Shown here: piece after piece, positions 1-14,681 of the stretch
Numbering within the stretch: position 1 is the stretch's first letter
How the letters are laid out: each line of letters starts with the position of its first letter
NCBI RefSeq assembly: GCF_009914755.1
Contig: NC_060925.1
DNA from: the human T2T-CHM13v2.0 reference genome, Homo sapiens
Reading direction: 5' to 3' (one strand)
Length of the DNA: 64,000 nt
Notes under the pieces: generated by a model
What the model saw: the letters and a program-made list of their open reading frames with translations, nothing else
The model's database searches: none
Told to the model about the DNA's origin: nothing
Program-made: the position numbers and the translations under genes

Positions 1-2382
1 TTTTTAAACTTCTGTTTTGGTTCAGGAGTACACATGCAGATCTGTTATATAGGTAAATTGCGTGTTGCAGGGGTTTGGTGTATAGACTATTTCGTTAACC
101 AGGTAATAAGCATGGTACCCAATAGGTAATTTTCCAGTCCTCATCCTCCTTCCACTCTCCATCCGTAAGTAAGCCCCAGTGTCTATTGTTCTCTTCTTTG
201 TGTACATAAATACTTGATGTTTAGCTCCCACTTACAAGTAAGAACATGTGGTATTTGGTTTTCTGTTCCTGTGTTAGTTTGCTTAGGATAATAGCCTCCA
301 GCTTCATCCATGTTGCTACAAACAACATGATCTCATTCTTTTTTTTGGCAATGAAGTATTCCATGGTGTATTTGGACCACATTTTCTTTATCCAGTCTAC
401 TGTTGATGGGCATTTAGATTGATTCCATGTCTTTGCTATTGTGAATAGTGCTGCTATGAACACATGCTTGCAAGTGTCTTTATGGTAGAATTATTTATAT
501 TCCTTTGTGTATATATTCCATAATGGGATTGCTGGGTCAAATGGTAACTCTGTTTTAAGTTCTGTCAGAAATCACCAAACTGTTTTTCACAATGGCTGAA
601 CAAATTTACATTCCCACTAGAAGTGTATAAGCTTCCCCTTTTCTCCACAGCCTTGCCAGCATCCGTTATTTTTTGGCTTTTTAATAGTAGCCATTCTGAT
701 TGGTGTGAGATGGCATCTCAGTGTGGTTTTGATTTGCATTTCTCTAATGATTAGTGATGGTGAGCATTTTTTTCATATGCTTGCTGGCTGCATGTATGTT
801 TTCTTTTGAAAAGTGTTTGTTCATGTCCTTTGCCCACTTTTAATGGGGTCTTGTTTTTCTTGTAAATTTAAATTCCTTATAGATGCTGGATATTAGACCT
901 TTGTCAGATAGATAGTTTGTAAACATTTTCTCCCATTCTGTAGGTTGTTTGTTTACTTTGTTGATAGTTTCTTTTACCGCGCAGAAGCTCTTATGTTTAA
1001 TTAGATCCCATTTGTCAATTTTTGCTTTTGTTGCATTTGCTTTTGGCATCTTTGTCATGAAATCTTTGCCTGTTCCTATGACCAGAATGATATTGCCTGG
1101 GTTGCTTTCCAGGGTTTTTACAGTTTGGGGTTTTATATTTAAGTCTTTACTCCATCTTGAGTTAATTTTTGTATATTGTGTAAGGAAGGGGTCCAGTTTC
1201 AATCTTTTGCATATGGCTAGCCAGTTATCCCAGAACCATTTATTGAACAGGAAGTCCTTTCCTTATTGTTTGTTTTTATCAGCTTTGCTGAAGATTAGAT
1301 GGTTGGAGGTGTGCAGCGTTATTTCTGTGCTCTCATGTTCAATTGGCCTATGCATCTATTTTTGTACCAGTACCACACTGTTTTGGTTACTAGCCTTGTA
1401 GTATAGTTTTAAGTCAGGTAATGTGATGCCTCCAGCTCTGTTCTTTTTGCTTAGGATTGCCCTGTCTATTCAGGCTCTTCTTTTGGTTCCACATGGAGTT
1501 TAGGATAGTTTCTTTCTAATTATGTGAAGAATGTCATTGGTATTTTGATAGGAATAGCATTGAATCTATAAGTTGCTTTGGGCAGTATTGCCATTTTAAC
1601 AATGTTATTCTTATTCAGGAGCATGGAATGTTTTTTCATTTGTTTTGTATCTCTTGTTTCTTTGAGCAGTATTTTGTAATTCTCATTGTAGAGGTCTTTC
1701 ACCTCCCTGGTTAGCTGTATTCCTAGGTATTTTATTCTTTTTGTGGCTATCATGAATGAGATTGCATTTTTTATTTGGCTCTCAGCTTGGATGTTGGTGT
1801 ATGGGAGTGCTACTGATTTTTGTACATTGATTTTGTATCCTGAAATTTTGCTGAAGTTGTTTATCAGATCAAGGAGCTTTGGGGCAGAGACTATGGGGTT
1901 TTCTAGGTATAGAATCGTATCATCTGCAAACAGGAATAGTTTGATTTACTCTCTTCCTATTCAAATGGCTTTTATTTCTTTTTCTTGCCTGATTTCTCTG
2001 GCCAGGACTTCCAGTACTATATTGAATAGGACTGGTGAGAGAGGGCATCCTTGTCTTGTTCTGGCTTTCAAGGGGAATGCTTCCAGCTTTTGCCCATTCA
2101 ATATTATGTTGACTATGGGTTTGTCATATGTAGTTATTATTTTGAGGTATGTTCCTTCAATGCCTAGTTTGTTGAGCGTTTTTAACATGAAGGGATGTTG
2201 AATTTTCTCAAAAGTCTTTTCTGCATGTATTGAGATAATCATGTAATTTTTGTTTTTAGTTCTGTATATGTGATGCTTCACATTTATTGATTTGTATATG
2301 TTGAACCAAACTTGCATTGCAGGGATAAAGCCTACTTGATTGTAGTGGATTAGCTTTTTAGTGTGCTGCTGGATTTAGTTTT

Positions 2383-2606
2383 CACAACCTCTGTCCCCTA
2401 GGTTCAAGCAATTCTCCTGCCTCAGCCTCCTGAGTAGCTGGGATTATACGCATCCGCCACCACGCCCAGCTAATTTTTGTATTTTTAGTAGAGACAGGGT
2501 TCGCCATGTTGGCCAGGCTGGTCTCAAACTCCTGACTTCAGGTGATCCACCTGCCTCAGCCTCCCAAAGTGCTAGGATTACAGGCATGAACAACCCGCTT
2601 CCAGCC
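2383..2606 (-). mobile_element. AluS lacking its 3' end and poly-A tail, inserted in L1 ORF2
   Basis: Alu left arm, linker and partial right arm; flanked by TGGATTTAGTTTT (2370-2382) and TGGATTTGGTTTT (2607-2619). Confidence 0.9.
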
Positions 2607-4306
2607 TGGATTTGGTTTTCTAGTATTTTGTTTTATTGTGTCTCTGCCAGGTTTTGGTATCAGGATGATGCTGGCCTCATATAATTAGTTAGGGAGGAGT
2701 CCTTCTTTTTCAATTTTTTGAAATAGTTTCAGTAGGATTGGTACCAGCTCCTCTTTATACATCTGGTAGTGTTTGGCTGTGAATCTGTCTGGTCCTGTGC
2801 TTTCTTTGGTTGGCAGGCTTTTTATTACTGATTCCATTTTGGAACCCATTATTGGTCTCTTCAGGGATTCAATTTCTTCCTGGTTCAGTCTTGGGAGGTT
2901 TTATGTGTCCAGGAATTTATTCATTTCTTCTAGGTTTTCTAGCTTGTGTGCAGAAGTGTTCATAGTAGTCTCTGAAGGTTTTTTGTATTTCTGTTGGGTC
3001 AGTGGTAACATCCCCTTTGTCATTTCTGTTTGTTTTTATTTGAGTCTTCTCTCCTTTTTTTCTTTATTAGTCTAGCTGGTAGTCTATATATTTTATTAAA
3101 TTTTTCAAAAAAAAAAACCTCCTAGATTTGTTGATGTTCTGAATGGTTTTTCACATCTCAATTTCCTTTAGTTCAGCTTTGATTTTGGTTATTTCTTTTC
3201 TTCTTCTAGCTTTGGGGTTGGTTTGTTCTTGTTTCTCTAGTTCCTCTAGTCCTCTCTAGTTCATCTAGTGATGTTAGGCTGTTAATTTGAGATCTTTCTA
3301 ACTTTTTGATGTGGGCATTTGTGCTACAAACTTCCCTCTTAACACTGCCTTGCTGTGTCCCAGAGATTCTGGTACGTTGTATCTTTGTACTCATTAGTTT
3401 CAAAGAATTTCTTGATTCCTGCCTTCATTTCATTATTTACCCAAAAGCCATTCAGGAGCAGGTTGTTTAATTTCCATGGAATATGGTTTTGAGTTATTTT
3501 CTTAGTATCAATTTCCATTTTTATTGCACGGTGGTCTGAGAGTGTGGTTGGTGTGATTTTTTTGTTTTGTTTTGTTTTTTTAATTTGCTGAGGATTGTTT
3601 TATGTCTGATTGTGTGGTCAATTTTAGAGCATATGCCATGTACAGATATGAAGAATGTATATTCTGTTGTCTTTAGGTGGAGTGTTCTGTGGATATGTAT
3701 TAGATCCATTTGGTCAAGTGTTGAGTTCAGATCCTGAATATCTTTGTTAGTTTTCTGTCTTGATGATCTGTCAGTGGGGTATTGGAGTCTCCCACTATTA
3801 CCATGTGGTTATCTAAGTCTCTTTGTAGATCTCTAAGAACTTGCTTTATGAATCTGGGTGCTCCTGTGTTGGATGCATATATATTTAGGACAGTTAGTTC
3901 TTCTTGTTGAATTGAGCCTTTTACCACTATGAAATGCTCTTGTTTGTCTTTTTTTTAATCTTTGTTAGCTTAAAGTATGCTCTGTCTAAAATTAGAATAA
4001 CAACCCCTACTTTTTTCTGTTTTTCATTTTCTTGGTAAATCTTTCTCCATCCCTTTACTTCAAGCCTATCTCACTGCAAGTGAGATGGGTCTCTTAAAGA
4101 CAGCATAACATTGGGTCTTGCTTCTTTATCCAACTTGCCTCTCTGTGCCTTTTATTTGGAGATATTTAGCCCATTTACATGCAAGGTTGTTATTGATATG
4201 TGTGGATTTGTTCCTGTCATATGTTGTTAGCTGGTTATTATGAAGACATGTCTGTGTGGTTGCTTTATAGTATCACTGGTCTATGTACTTAAATGTGTTT
4301 TTGTAG

Positions 4307-4772
<466 letters not shown>

Positions 4773-5589
4773 TGGAAATTCTTTTTTTTAAGAATGCTGA
4801 ATATTTTTCCCCAATCTCTTCTGGCTTATAAGGTTTCTGCTGAAAGATCTTCTGTTAGCCTAGTGGGGTTCCCTTTGTAGGTAACTTAATCCTCCTCTCT
4901 AGCTGCCTTTAACATTTTTCTTTCATTTGAACCATGGAGAATCTGATAACTATGTGTCTTGGGGATGGTCTTTTTGTATAGCATTTCACAGGGGTTCCCT
5001 ACTAAAAAATAGGACACGCTTAAGGGTAGGGGGAAAATAAAATCAGAGGGAAGATTAGCAAACAAAATGAAACTCACATCATTTTATATGTTTGCTAGAG
5101 GTGACCACAATTTTGGCTCCAATATTCCTGTTTGTTTTTTGTTTTGGCTTTGGTTCCAATACTTCTAGTGGTCAAAGGAAAGTGAGAAACCCAATCAGTC
5201 ACAGGATTCAGAATTTTCCATAAGATTAAGTAAAAGGGAACGGAAATGTTCTACAGAAGAACAGTTTTACTTGATTTTGAGTTTCCTAAAGATATGAAAT
5301 GTTATGGATAATATACTTCATAATGTTCCTACTGAAATATGCACATTTATGATTTTCACACCACTGCTTATGATAGGGTATCTTAAAGTGGGCCAATTCT
5401 GTAGAAAAATATTCTACAAGGGAGCAAAATATATGTCACTCTCTAACGCTTAATCTAGGGGCAAAATTTGACTCTAGAATTGTGGTTTTTTTAATTGTAC
5501 ATCTTGGAAACTCTTGAATTTCAGAAGATGCTTCTAGGGCTGCCCTGGTTTTGGGAGCAGGGCTGAGCCTGAGGAATCTAGGCTGTTGT

Positions 5590-6135
<546 letters not shown>

Positions 6136-6172
6136 TCATATTTCTCCCTTTTATATCCAAGTCTCACCTGGG

Positions 6173-6352
6173 TAGGGTTGCCAGATAAAATAAAGAATTT
6201 TCAGTTAAAATTGAATTTTAGATAAACAACAAATAGTTTAAAATATAGTTGTCCTATGCAGTAGTTTAGATGTACTTATACTAATAAGTACATCTTGTTA
6301 TTAATATTATGAATGAAATATTATTCATTGTTTATCTGAAATTAAAATTTAA
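6173..6352. mobile_element. MER53 palindromic DNA-transposon MITE, left part; possible right end at about 7385-7412
   Basis: AGGGTTGCCAGATAAAATA...AATTTTAGATAAACAAC...GTTTATCTGAAATTAAAATTTAAC shows the MER53 terminus and internal inverted repeat. Confidence 0.75.
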
Positions 6353-6354
6353 CG

Positions 6355-7375
6355 TAACCACAAGAATAAAAAGCACGTGTTCACACAAAAACTTGTACAT
6401 GAGTGTTCATAGTAGTGTTATTCATAATAGCCAAAAGGTGGAAACAATCCAAATGTCTGTCAACTGAGGAATGGATAAACAAAATGCGTTCTACCCATAG
6501 TATTAGTCAGGGTTTTCCAGAGAAACAGAACCAATAGACATAAAATGTATATGCATATGCAGACTTATTATGAAGAATAATTAACTCATGTAATTAAGGA
6601 GGCTGAGAGATCCCACGATCTGCCATCTACAAGCTGGAGCCCAGGAAAGCTGGGCATACAATTCAGTCCAAGTCCAAAGGCCTGAAAACTAGGGGAGCCA
6701 ATAATGTATATTTTAGTCCAAGGGCAGGAGAAGATGAGATGAGATGTTCCAGCTCAAGCAATAAGGCAGAAAAAAGGAGGAAATTCCTCCTTCCTCCACC
6801 TTTTTGTTCTATTCAGGCCTCAATGGATTAGATGATGCCCACTCACATTAGGGAGGGCCATCTCCTTTACTGAGTCCACAGACCCAAATGCTAAACTCAT
6901 CTGGAAATATCCCCACAGACATACCCAGCAATATCGGGCCATCCTCTAATCTAGTCACATTGACACATAAAAATTGTCCTATGATAAAATGGAATATTAT
7001 CAGCCGTAGGAAACAACGAAGTACTGATTCCTACGATAACATGAGTGAACCTTGAAAACGTTATACTAAGTGAAAGAAGCCAGACGTAAAAGGTCACGTA
7101 TAGAATGATTTCATTTATATGAAATGTACAGAATAGGCAAATTCATGAAGACAGAAAATAGCTTAGTGTGGTCAGGGGCTGGAGGAAGGAGAGAATGAGG
7201 TATAGAGGGTAGGGGGTATATGGTTTCTTTTTGGGGTGATAAAGTATTTTGGAATTAGATAATAGTGATGGCCGCACAACTTTGTAAGTATACTGAAAAC
7301 CACTGCATGGTACACTTTAAATGGGTGAATTTTATAGTATGTGAATTATAAATCGATTAAAAATATGTATGTAAT
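6355..7375 (+). mobile_element. L1MB-type 3' fragment split by an MLT2 LTR
   Basis: CACACAAAAACTTGTACA...GGAAACAATCCAAATGTC...ATGGATAAACAAAATG continues after the LTR as ATGGAATATTATCAGCC...CTAAGTGAAAGAAGCCAGAC...GTGAATTTTATAGTATGTGAATTAT. Confidence 0.85.
6499..6978 (-). mobile_element. MLT2 (ERVL) solo LTR
   Basis: Begins TATTAGTCAGGGTTTTCCAGAGAAACAGAACCAATAG and ends CTAGTCACATTGACACATAAAAATT, the reverse complement of MLT2 termini. Confidence 0.85.
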
Positions 7376-7540
7376 AAAATATTTTTCTTCCTATATTATT
7401 ATCTAAACCTGGGTGCATCTGATTGGTGAAAGCCATTACGTATCTCCGCATTCTAGCTGCAAAGGAGTCTGGGAAATGTTGCTGCTGGACTCCCAATGTG
7501 GAAAACTTTTGAAATGTGGAGAGACTGTATAAAATGTGTT

Positions 7541-8149
<609 letters not shown>

Positions 8150-8150
<1 letters not shown>

Positions 8151-10248
8151 CAGGGACTCAAACTGAGGAGAAATTTTAGGGAGTGGAATCAAACAGGAGC
8201 AAGACAGGAACAATACAGATAAAGGAAAGTTAGCTACAAATAAAAGCGTGGCAGGAAACAGAGCTAAGAAATCTCAGGAAGCAAACCATCATGTTTTCTA
8301 AACTCTACATGAAAAAACAAACACACAAACAGAAGAAGCAGCTCTGTGATGTTAGAAAAGCTCTCTTAACTTATTTCAAATAAAAATGAGCAATAGAAAG
8401 GAATCAAGATCAAACACCATACAGTTATTATAAATACAAAGACAGTAAGTAACAGAATTACACCTGCAGTCAATAAAGCAGACAAGAAAGATAGTGCCTT
8501 TAAAATAAATCAAAGCTGTTATTTCAAAACAAGCTAAAATACATTAAGAAAATAATATAAAACGTGAGAGAGCAAGATAAACCAGAATTAGCAAAACACA
8601 GAAATGAGATGACAGAACTCAAGAACTCAGTACAAGGAATACAAGAAAAAATTATTTTAGATATGAAGTTTATAGGAAGGACATCAGCAAATAAACACAA
8701 TAAATAATGTCTTAAAAGAAGCAGAAGGTGAGAAAGAGAAAAATGTTAAAAATCAAAAGCTATAAAGGAAAGTACAAATACTACTGATGAGAGGCAGAAA
8801 CAGATCTGTACATATAATGGGAGCCAATGAAGAAGAAAACCAATGCAAGAGAAGAGAACAAATAACAAAAACTGTAATTCAAGAAAAAGTATTGAAATAA
8901 GAAATGATTTAAAAGTATATAATGAAAAAGCACACCATTTACCTGACAATATCAATCCAAGATGACCAACATGTCATGCTCCAGTAAAATTACTGGACTT
9001 TAAAGTAAAAGAAAAAAATCCTTTAGACATCCAAGCAAAAAAGAGGAAGTGCCTTATAAAGGAAAGGAAATTTGATTATTTTCAGACCTTTCAATACCAA
9101 CACTTCATACCATAAGAAAATTGAGTAACATATTTAAGGTATAAAAAGAAAGAAATGTAAGCCAAGAATTTAATATTCACCAAAACAAATTTCAGTATAA
9201 AAGGCACAAGCTGTTATGAACATACAAAAATCCCAGAGAACACTGTTCCCCTGAGCTCTTACTGAGGAATTAACTCGATGTGTGTGAGACAGCCTAAATG
9301 ATCTGAGAAGTATCAACATATGACCGGTGGTGAGCACTGAAGGTGTAGAATTAAGACTAAAGAAGAGCTAAGAGGGAGAGAGCATTGTATGTCATGGCTG
9401 TATTCTCTGATAGTGTAGATACAGAACAACTTTATATAATATAAAGAAAGAAAGAAGAATAGGGATAACAGATATAAAAAAAGTTTAACTGTTTTCAGTA
9501 ATCATAATGAGTAGCGATAGTGTTCGTACTGTCATTCTGAGCCCGCTGTGTATGTAATGTGGAATAAAGCAAATGAGTAAGCATGGCATTTTCTAATTCT
9601 ATCATCCTTGAGAACCAGAAATCTTACCAGGGAAGAAAGGAGGTTTGAAATCTGTAGTCTTGGTATTTAAATGGAAAATATCTGTATGAATACTAAAGTA
9701 TTTTATTTTTAGGAAACAATGTATGTGTGTATATGTAAACACTGAAAAGTTTTGGGCACAATGAACTACCCAGATACCCACGAACACCCCTAATGCCCAG
9801 ATTGAGAGCTTGAAATATTATTACCTCCTTAAAAAAAAAACCTAGGGCTTCTTGTTTTTGTAGAACTGGATGATTTCAGGAATGGGGCAGGCAATGTCCA
9901 AAATGAGCCTGAAACATCTCATGATTGCAGATGGCAAGAAAGCTGTCAAAGACTGTAGGGTCATGTCAGAAAGACTCGGAGCCAACTTGCAAAGGTTCCC
10001 ACTAGTCAAAAACAAAGATAGTGTGAGATTTAGTGATGATGATAACTACAATGGGAGAAGGAGGAAGTTCTTACTATTTTTAAGTCACAGCATGTGGAGG
10101 GATTTGTAGAGCTGTTGACAAAGTTCTTTTCCCTAGATCGGGGTGGTGATTACAACGGCGTTTGGCTGAAAATACTTCACTAAGCTATATAGTTATTTTG
10201 TGTGGTCTTCTGTGTTTTTGTTTTATTTCACAATAAAAAGTTATTAAA
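8150..10248 (+). mobile_element. Ancient L1 ORF1 relic joined to an L1MC-type 3'UTR (HAL1-like)
   Basis: A-rich decayed ORF1 (VKLLDFK.KEK at about 8985-9020; PYKGKEI; ..PRI.YSP at about 9160); terminal ...TTTTATTTCACAATAAAAAG at about 10220-10245; no ORF2 seen in between. Confidence 0.65.
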
Positions 10249-11188
10249 AGTTACTGTTGATTGAATGACATGATTTAAAACTTCCGGGCTTTGTTTCTTT
10301 GCCTGGGCAATGAAGAAATAGCTTCTTATGTTCACTCTGGAACTTTACTTTATATTTCAAATAATGTTGTTCATCTAGTAGTGATTTGTCCTGGTTATGG
10401 GAAATGACTGCGTGCATTTCAGTTCTCCAGGCCAGTGCTTAAATCGTGTTTAGGGAGTGGAGGCAATAGAGAGGACTGGCTTAATTTTGACAATAATTGC
10501 TTCTATGCTTTCCTTTTCTCTTTACAACTGTCTAAGAAACACACTCTCTCACCAGGACCCCATCAAGGAAGAGGTGGAAGGTATAAGGGCGGGCTTCTCT
10601 GAGGCCGTAAAATATCCTTGCTCTACCTCTTCCTTTCTCTCAGGAGGATGTATATTTACAATCACCAATCACACTATCCTGCTTAAGCTGAAATCGTCAC
10701 ACAGCCAAAATCTGCTGAGAAATCTCATGGGATTCAAGGTTCAACAATACTTTCAGCCCAAATAAAGGAGAGCTGCGGCTAGTGATGATGCGTGGCAAGG
10801 TCCGGGCCCACCGATCGCGGAGCCGTTGTGGATGCGGAAAGCTCAGCAGAAGGGCCAGGGCCGCACGGGAGACTGGAGAGCCACAGTGGACTGGCTTTGC
10901 CCTGGCTGATGATAGTCTGCTGTGTCCCTAAGTCGTGGCTTAGAACGTAGACAAAAGAAATTACAAAGGGAATTATGAGGGAGCTTGAAACCACTCACCT
11001 GGTTTAGGAACATTTACATCCCTTATTTCTCTTCCTTCTTCTTTTAAATGCATATTTATTCCTCTCATATATAAAATTTTAGTCTCTTTATTATTTATTT
11101 ATAATATTTTATGGCTTTCTTAACCATAATATTTTAATATATTAAAATATATTTAAATTATATTTTATTTTTAATATATTAAAATATA

Positions 11189-11356
11189 TCTTAAAATATA
11201 TTATAAAACATATTTATCTTAAAATATGTTATAAAACGTATTTATCTTAAAATATATTATAAAATGTATTTATCTTAAAATATATTATAAAACGTATTTA
11301 TCTTAAAATATATTATAAAACGTATTTATCTTAAAATATATTATAAAATATATTTA
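11189..11356. repeat. AT-rich minisatellite, 28-bp unit x6, within an AT-rich low-complexity tract (about 11085-11460)
   Basis: Unit TCTTAAAATATATTATAAAACGTATTTA starts at 11189, 11217, 11245, 11273, 11301 and 11329. Confidence 0.95.
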
Positions 11357-11574
11357 TTTTAATATATTAAAATCTATTTTAATATGTTGTTAAAATATAT
11401 TTCTTTTTAATGTGTTAAAATATATGCTTAAGATATATTCATATTTAAATATAAAAGGAGGAAAGAAATTTTAAATTTAATTTTCATTTTAATTTTTATT
11501 GCATTTTACATATGTATCAGTGACTGAAATTAAAAAAAAAAAGTGTTTATCAAAGATAGTTTGAGAAGCACTGA

Positions 11575-12230
11575 ACTAGACTACATTAAAATTAAGAGAT
11601 TGTATTCATTATAAGCCTCTTAAAGAGTGAAAAAGCAAGCCACAAAATGGGAGAAAATATTTGCAACACAAAACAAAGGACTAGTATGTAAAATACTTGA
11701 ATAATTCATTGAAATTAATTTTAAAATGGGCAAAAAAAGAAAACCTTGAATGGTCACTGCACATAAGAGGAAGTCCCAATGGTCAATGAGCACTTGAAAG
11801 AGTTTAATTCATCAAGGAAATAAAAATTAAAAGCACAGTGAAAAACCTCACACTCAGATCAGCAAAAATTTAAGCCTGACAATTCCAAATGTTGGTTGAG
11901 GGCACAGAAGCTCTCATATATTGCTCCTAATAGTTTTTAAATCAGTGAAAAAAATCGCTTTAGAAAACTCTCTGACATATGCATCTATGAAAGCTTAATA
12001 TACCTATGCCTTATGAGCTAGCAACTCCACTCCCAGACATGCCACAGGTATTTGACATGGTAAGTCAAATGGCAGGTGCAAAAATTCTCAGAGCAGCATT
12101 ATTTTTAATAGCTCCAGATTGAAACAACTCAAACGTACTATCACCTGAAGAACGAATGAATTGTAGTATATTCACAACATGGAGCACTAAACAGGAATGA
12201 AAATGAACAGCTTTGCATGACAACACAGAA
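11575..12230 (+). mobile_element. L1ME-type ORF2 3' fragment
   Basis: CTACATTAAAATTAAG...AAAAAGCAAGCCACAAAATGGGAGAAAATATTTGCAACAC...GCAGCATTATTTTTAATAGC. Confidence 0.75.
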
Positions 12231-12654
12231 ACTCAGTTGTCATAGGAATTCATCATGGTTCTACCAGAGAAGCAGCAGGATGTTTCAGTGCACAGACTGG
12301 TTTATAAATTCAGATATATCTTGCTGCCGGAATGTTCTCGTTCAGAGACTCAGCTTCATCTTGGAGCTAAGGTGTTATGAAGAGGAGGTGCATGTTGAAG
12401 TCACCGATGAATTCTGGGGCTGGGGGAGATCTCAGATTCTGACTTAGAGTGTATGGCATGAAAGTCAGAGGTAAAGACCAGAACTAAAACCACCAGACCC
12501 CTCTGCTGGAGTTCTTGCACTGACACTGATAGGACTGAGAGTGGATGAGACAGAAAGTCTTCCTGCTGTTAGAACTCCCAAGGGGCTAGGCAGAGGGGAG
12601 CTGCAGGAACCTAAGGCCCTGGGACAATAGGATTGGCAGAAGCAGATCATGTGC

Positions 12655-12755
12655 CCAACATCACTTCCCAAAGGTGCCATCTCCTAATGTCAGTGCACTG
12701 GGGATGAGGGTGCAGCATGTGAATCTGGAGGACATAAACATTCAGTCTATAGCAA
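12655..12755 (-). mobile_element. MaLR (MLT1A/MST-like) LTR 5' fragment
   Basis: ...GTGAATCTGGAGGACATAAACATTCAGTCTATAGCA is the reverse complement of a MaLR start. Confidence 0.65.
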
Positions 12756-13496
12756 TATGAGACTAATTTATAAAGTTGGGAAATTTACCCATGTTTCACC
12801 CTTCTCTGTCAGCTCAAATAATGAAGAGTTAGCAAAGCTGGCTCAGAAATGAAAGCTTTTGTCATTCACACAGTTACTGCTTTCCTGCCCTCGGAATCAC
12901 TACCTATTTTACTGTAAGAGGCATAGAACTCACATTCCGACAGCCTCTCCTGCTGGGCCCCACTATAGAGGAAAAAGCTTCAAATTTTGCTTAAAAACTG
13001 TATGTGGGAAAAAGGTTCTGTTTGGCAACCATATGAAACAAAATGCAAAATGTTATATTTAATTACAAAAGTGAGAATTAACTTTCAGTTGTATCCTCTG
13101 TGTTTCTCCGAGGGTTGCAGCTTGCTGCTTTTTGTAGCTCATGTCTATGTGTGATTCACTATTGAGAATAAGCATCTCTCCAACTCAGAAACAGAATGGT
13201 CTGCTGTAAATCCTGTTGGTTCACAGTTTGAAAGCTTGTTTTGTGCAGATGTTAATACTAATTTGTGGCTTTAAAAAACTTCTTCCACTACACCAATTTT
13301 CCAGTCCAATATCCCCCATGGAGGGCTTTGTCTATTATATTACTCACCCCCTTAATACCAAGCCTTACCTGACAGCAAGAAACACAGTCCACCTTTGAAT
13401 ATGCTAGAATGCAAGAGGAAAGCAGTCTCTCTTCTGAGTTAGAAAAAGGAAGCTACGCTTTTGAAGAGGAAAATGTACATATATCTCTATTTATAA

Positions 13497-13844
<348 letters not shown>

Positions 13845-14681
13845 TAAGAATCTGTTTAGTACAGATACCATGCTAGGGTGTTGGAGACATGAACAAAATA
13901 TGGCCCCCAACTTCAAAGTTCTAAATTGTCTGGCGAGGGTGAGTACTTGGCTACTGTGCAGTGATGCGATATAGAACTTTTTACTCATCTTTTCAAATTC
14001 CACATTTGTATCTAGACCCATCACTCATGTAAGCATCAGTCTCTTCTTTTAGATTATGAGAAAGGAAAGCATGAACTTAAATTTCCATCCTCTTGCTGCA
14101 GCCAGCTATATCCATGAAACATTTTCCTGAGGTATGTTTGTCTAAAGAAGAGCAAATGCAGAAAAGTGGCACCCATTTGGTAGTGGCCCCATGTTCGTGG
14201 GCAAGTCGGCATGTGGCCATTTGACTACAAGGAAGGAAAGCATTGGGATTTACAGCCATAATCACTTTCTAAGGAGGATGGGGCTTGTTACATGAAAGGT
14301 CTTTTCAGCAGAGCTCTTTCCTGGGAGCTGAGTTTAGACACAGGAGCTGCAGTAAGCTTAATTAATTTGCATAACAGACTGAGAAGAATTAGGAATTCTC
14401 TGTGCAAAATTGTGGGGGATAAGATGAAGAGGCAAGTAGAGAGGCCAAGGAGGAAGGAGTTGGAGGATGGGGAAGAGAAGTAAAAAGGCTCAGATGCTAC
14501 ACAGGGTGAAATGGCCAGGAAACCACCCTCAGTGGTGGAATGGCCAAAAGGTTGCTGTCTGAGAGTCCGTTTGAAGTAGTTGTGTGGTGCAATGAAGGAC
14601 CCCTCCTTCCCGAAATCTTCCCCGCCCTGCAGTAAAGTCTGCTACTCATACCCATGACTTGGGTGAATGGGTATTGGAGTG

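Noticed and set aside
10560-10800. TATAA ... AATAAA spacing suggesting an LTR
   Set aside because: No TG...CA termini, TSD or primer-binding site that I can identify
10782-10912. GTGATGA ... CTGA resembling a C/D box snoRNA
   Set aside because: No properly positioned terminal stem, no recognisable rRNA antisense element and no host gene
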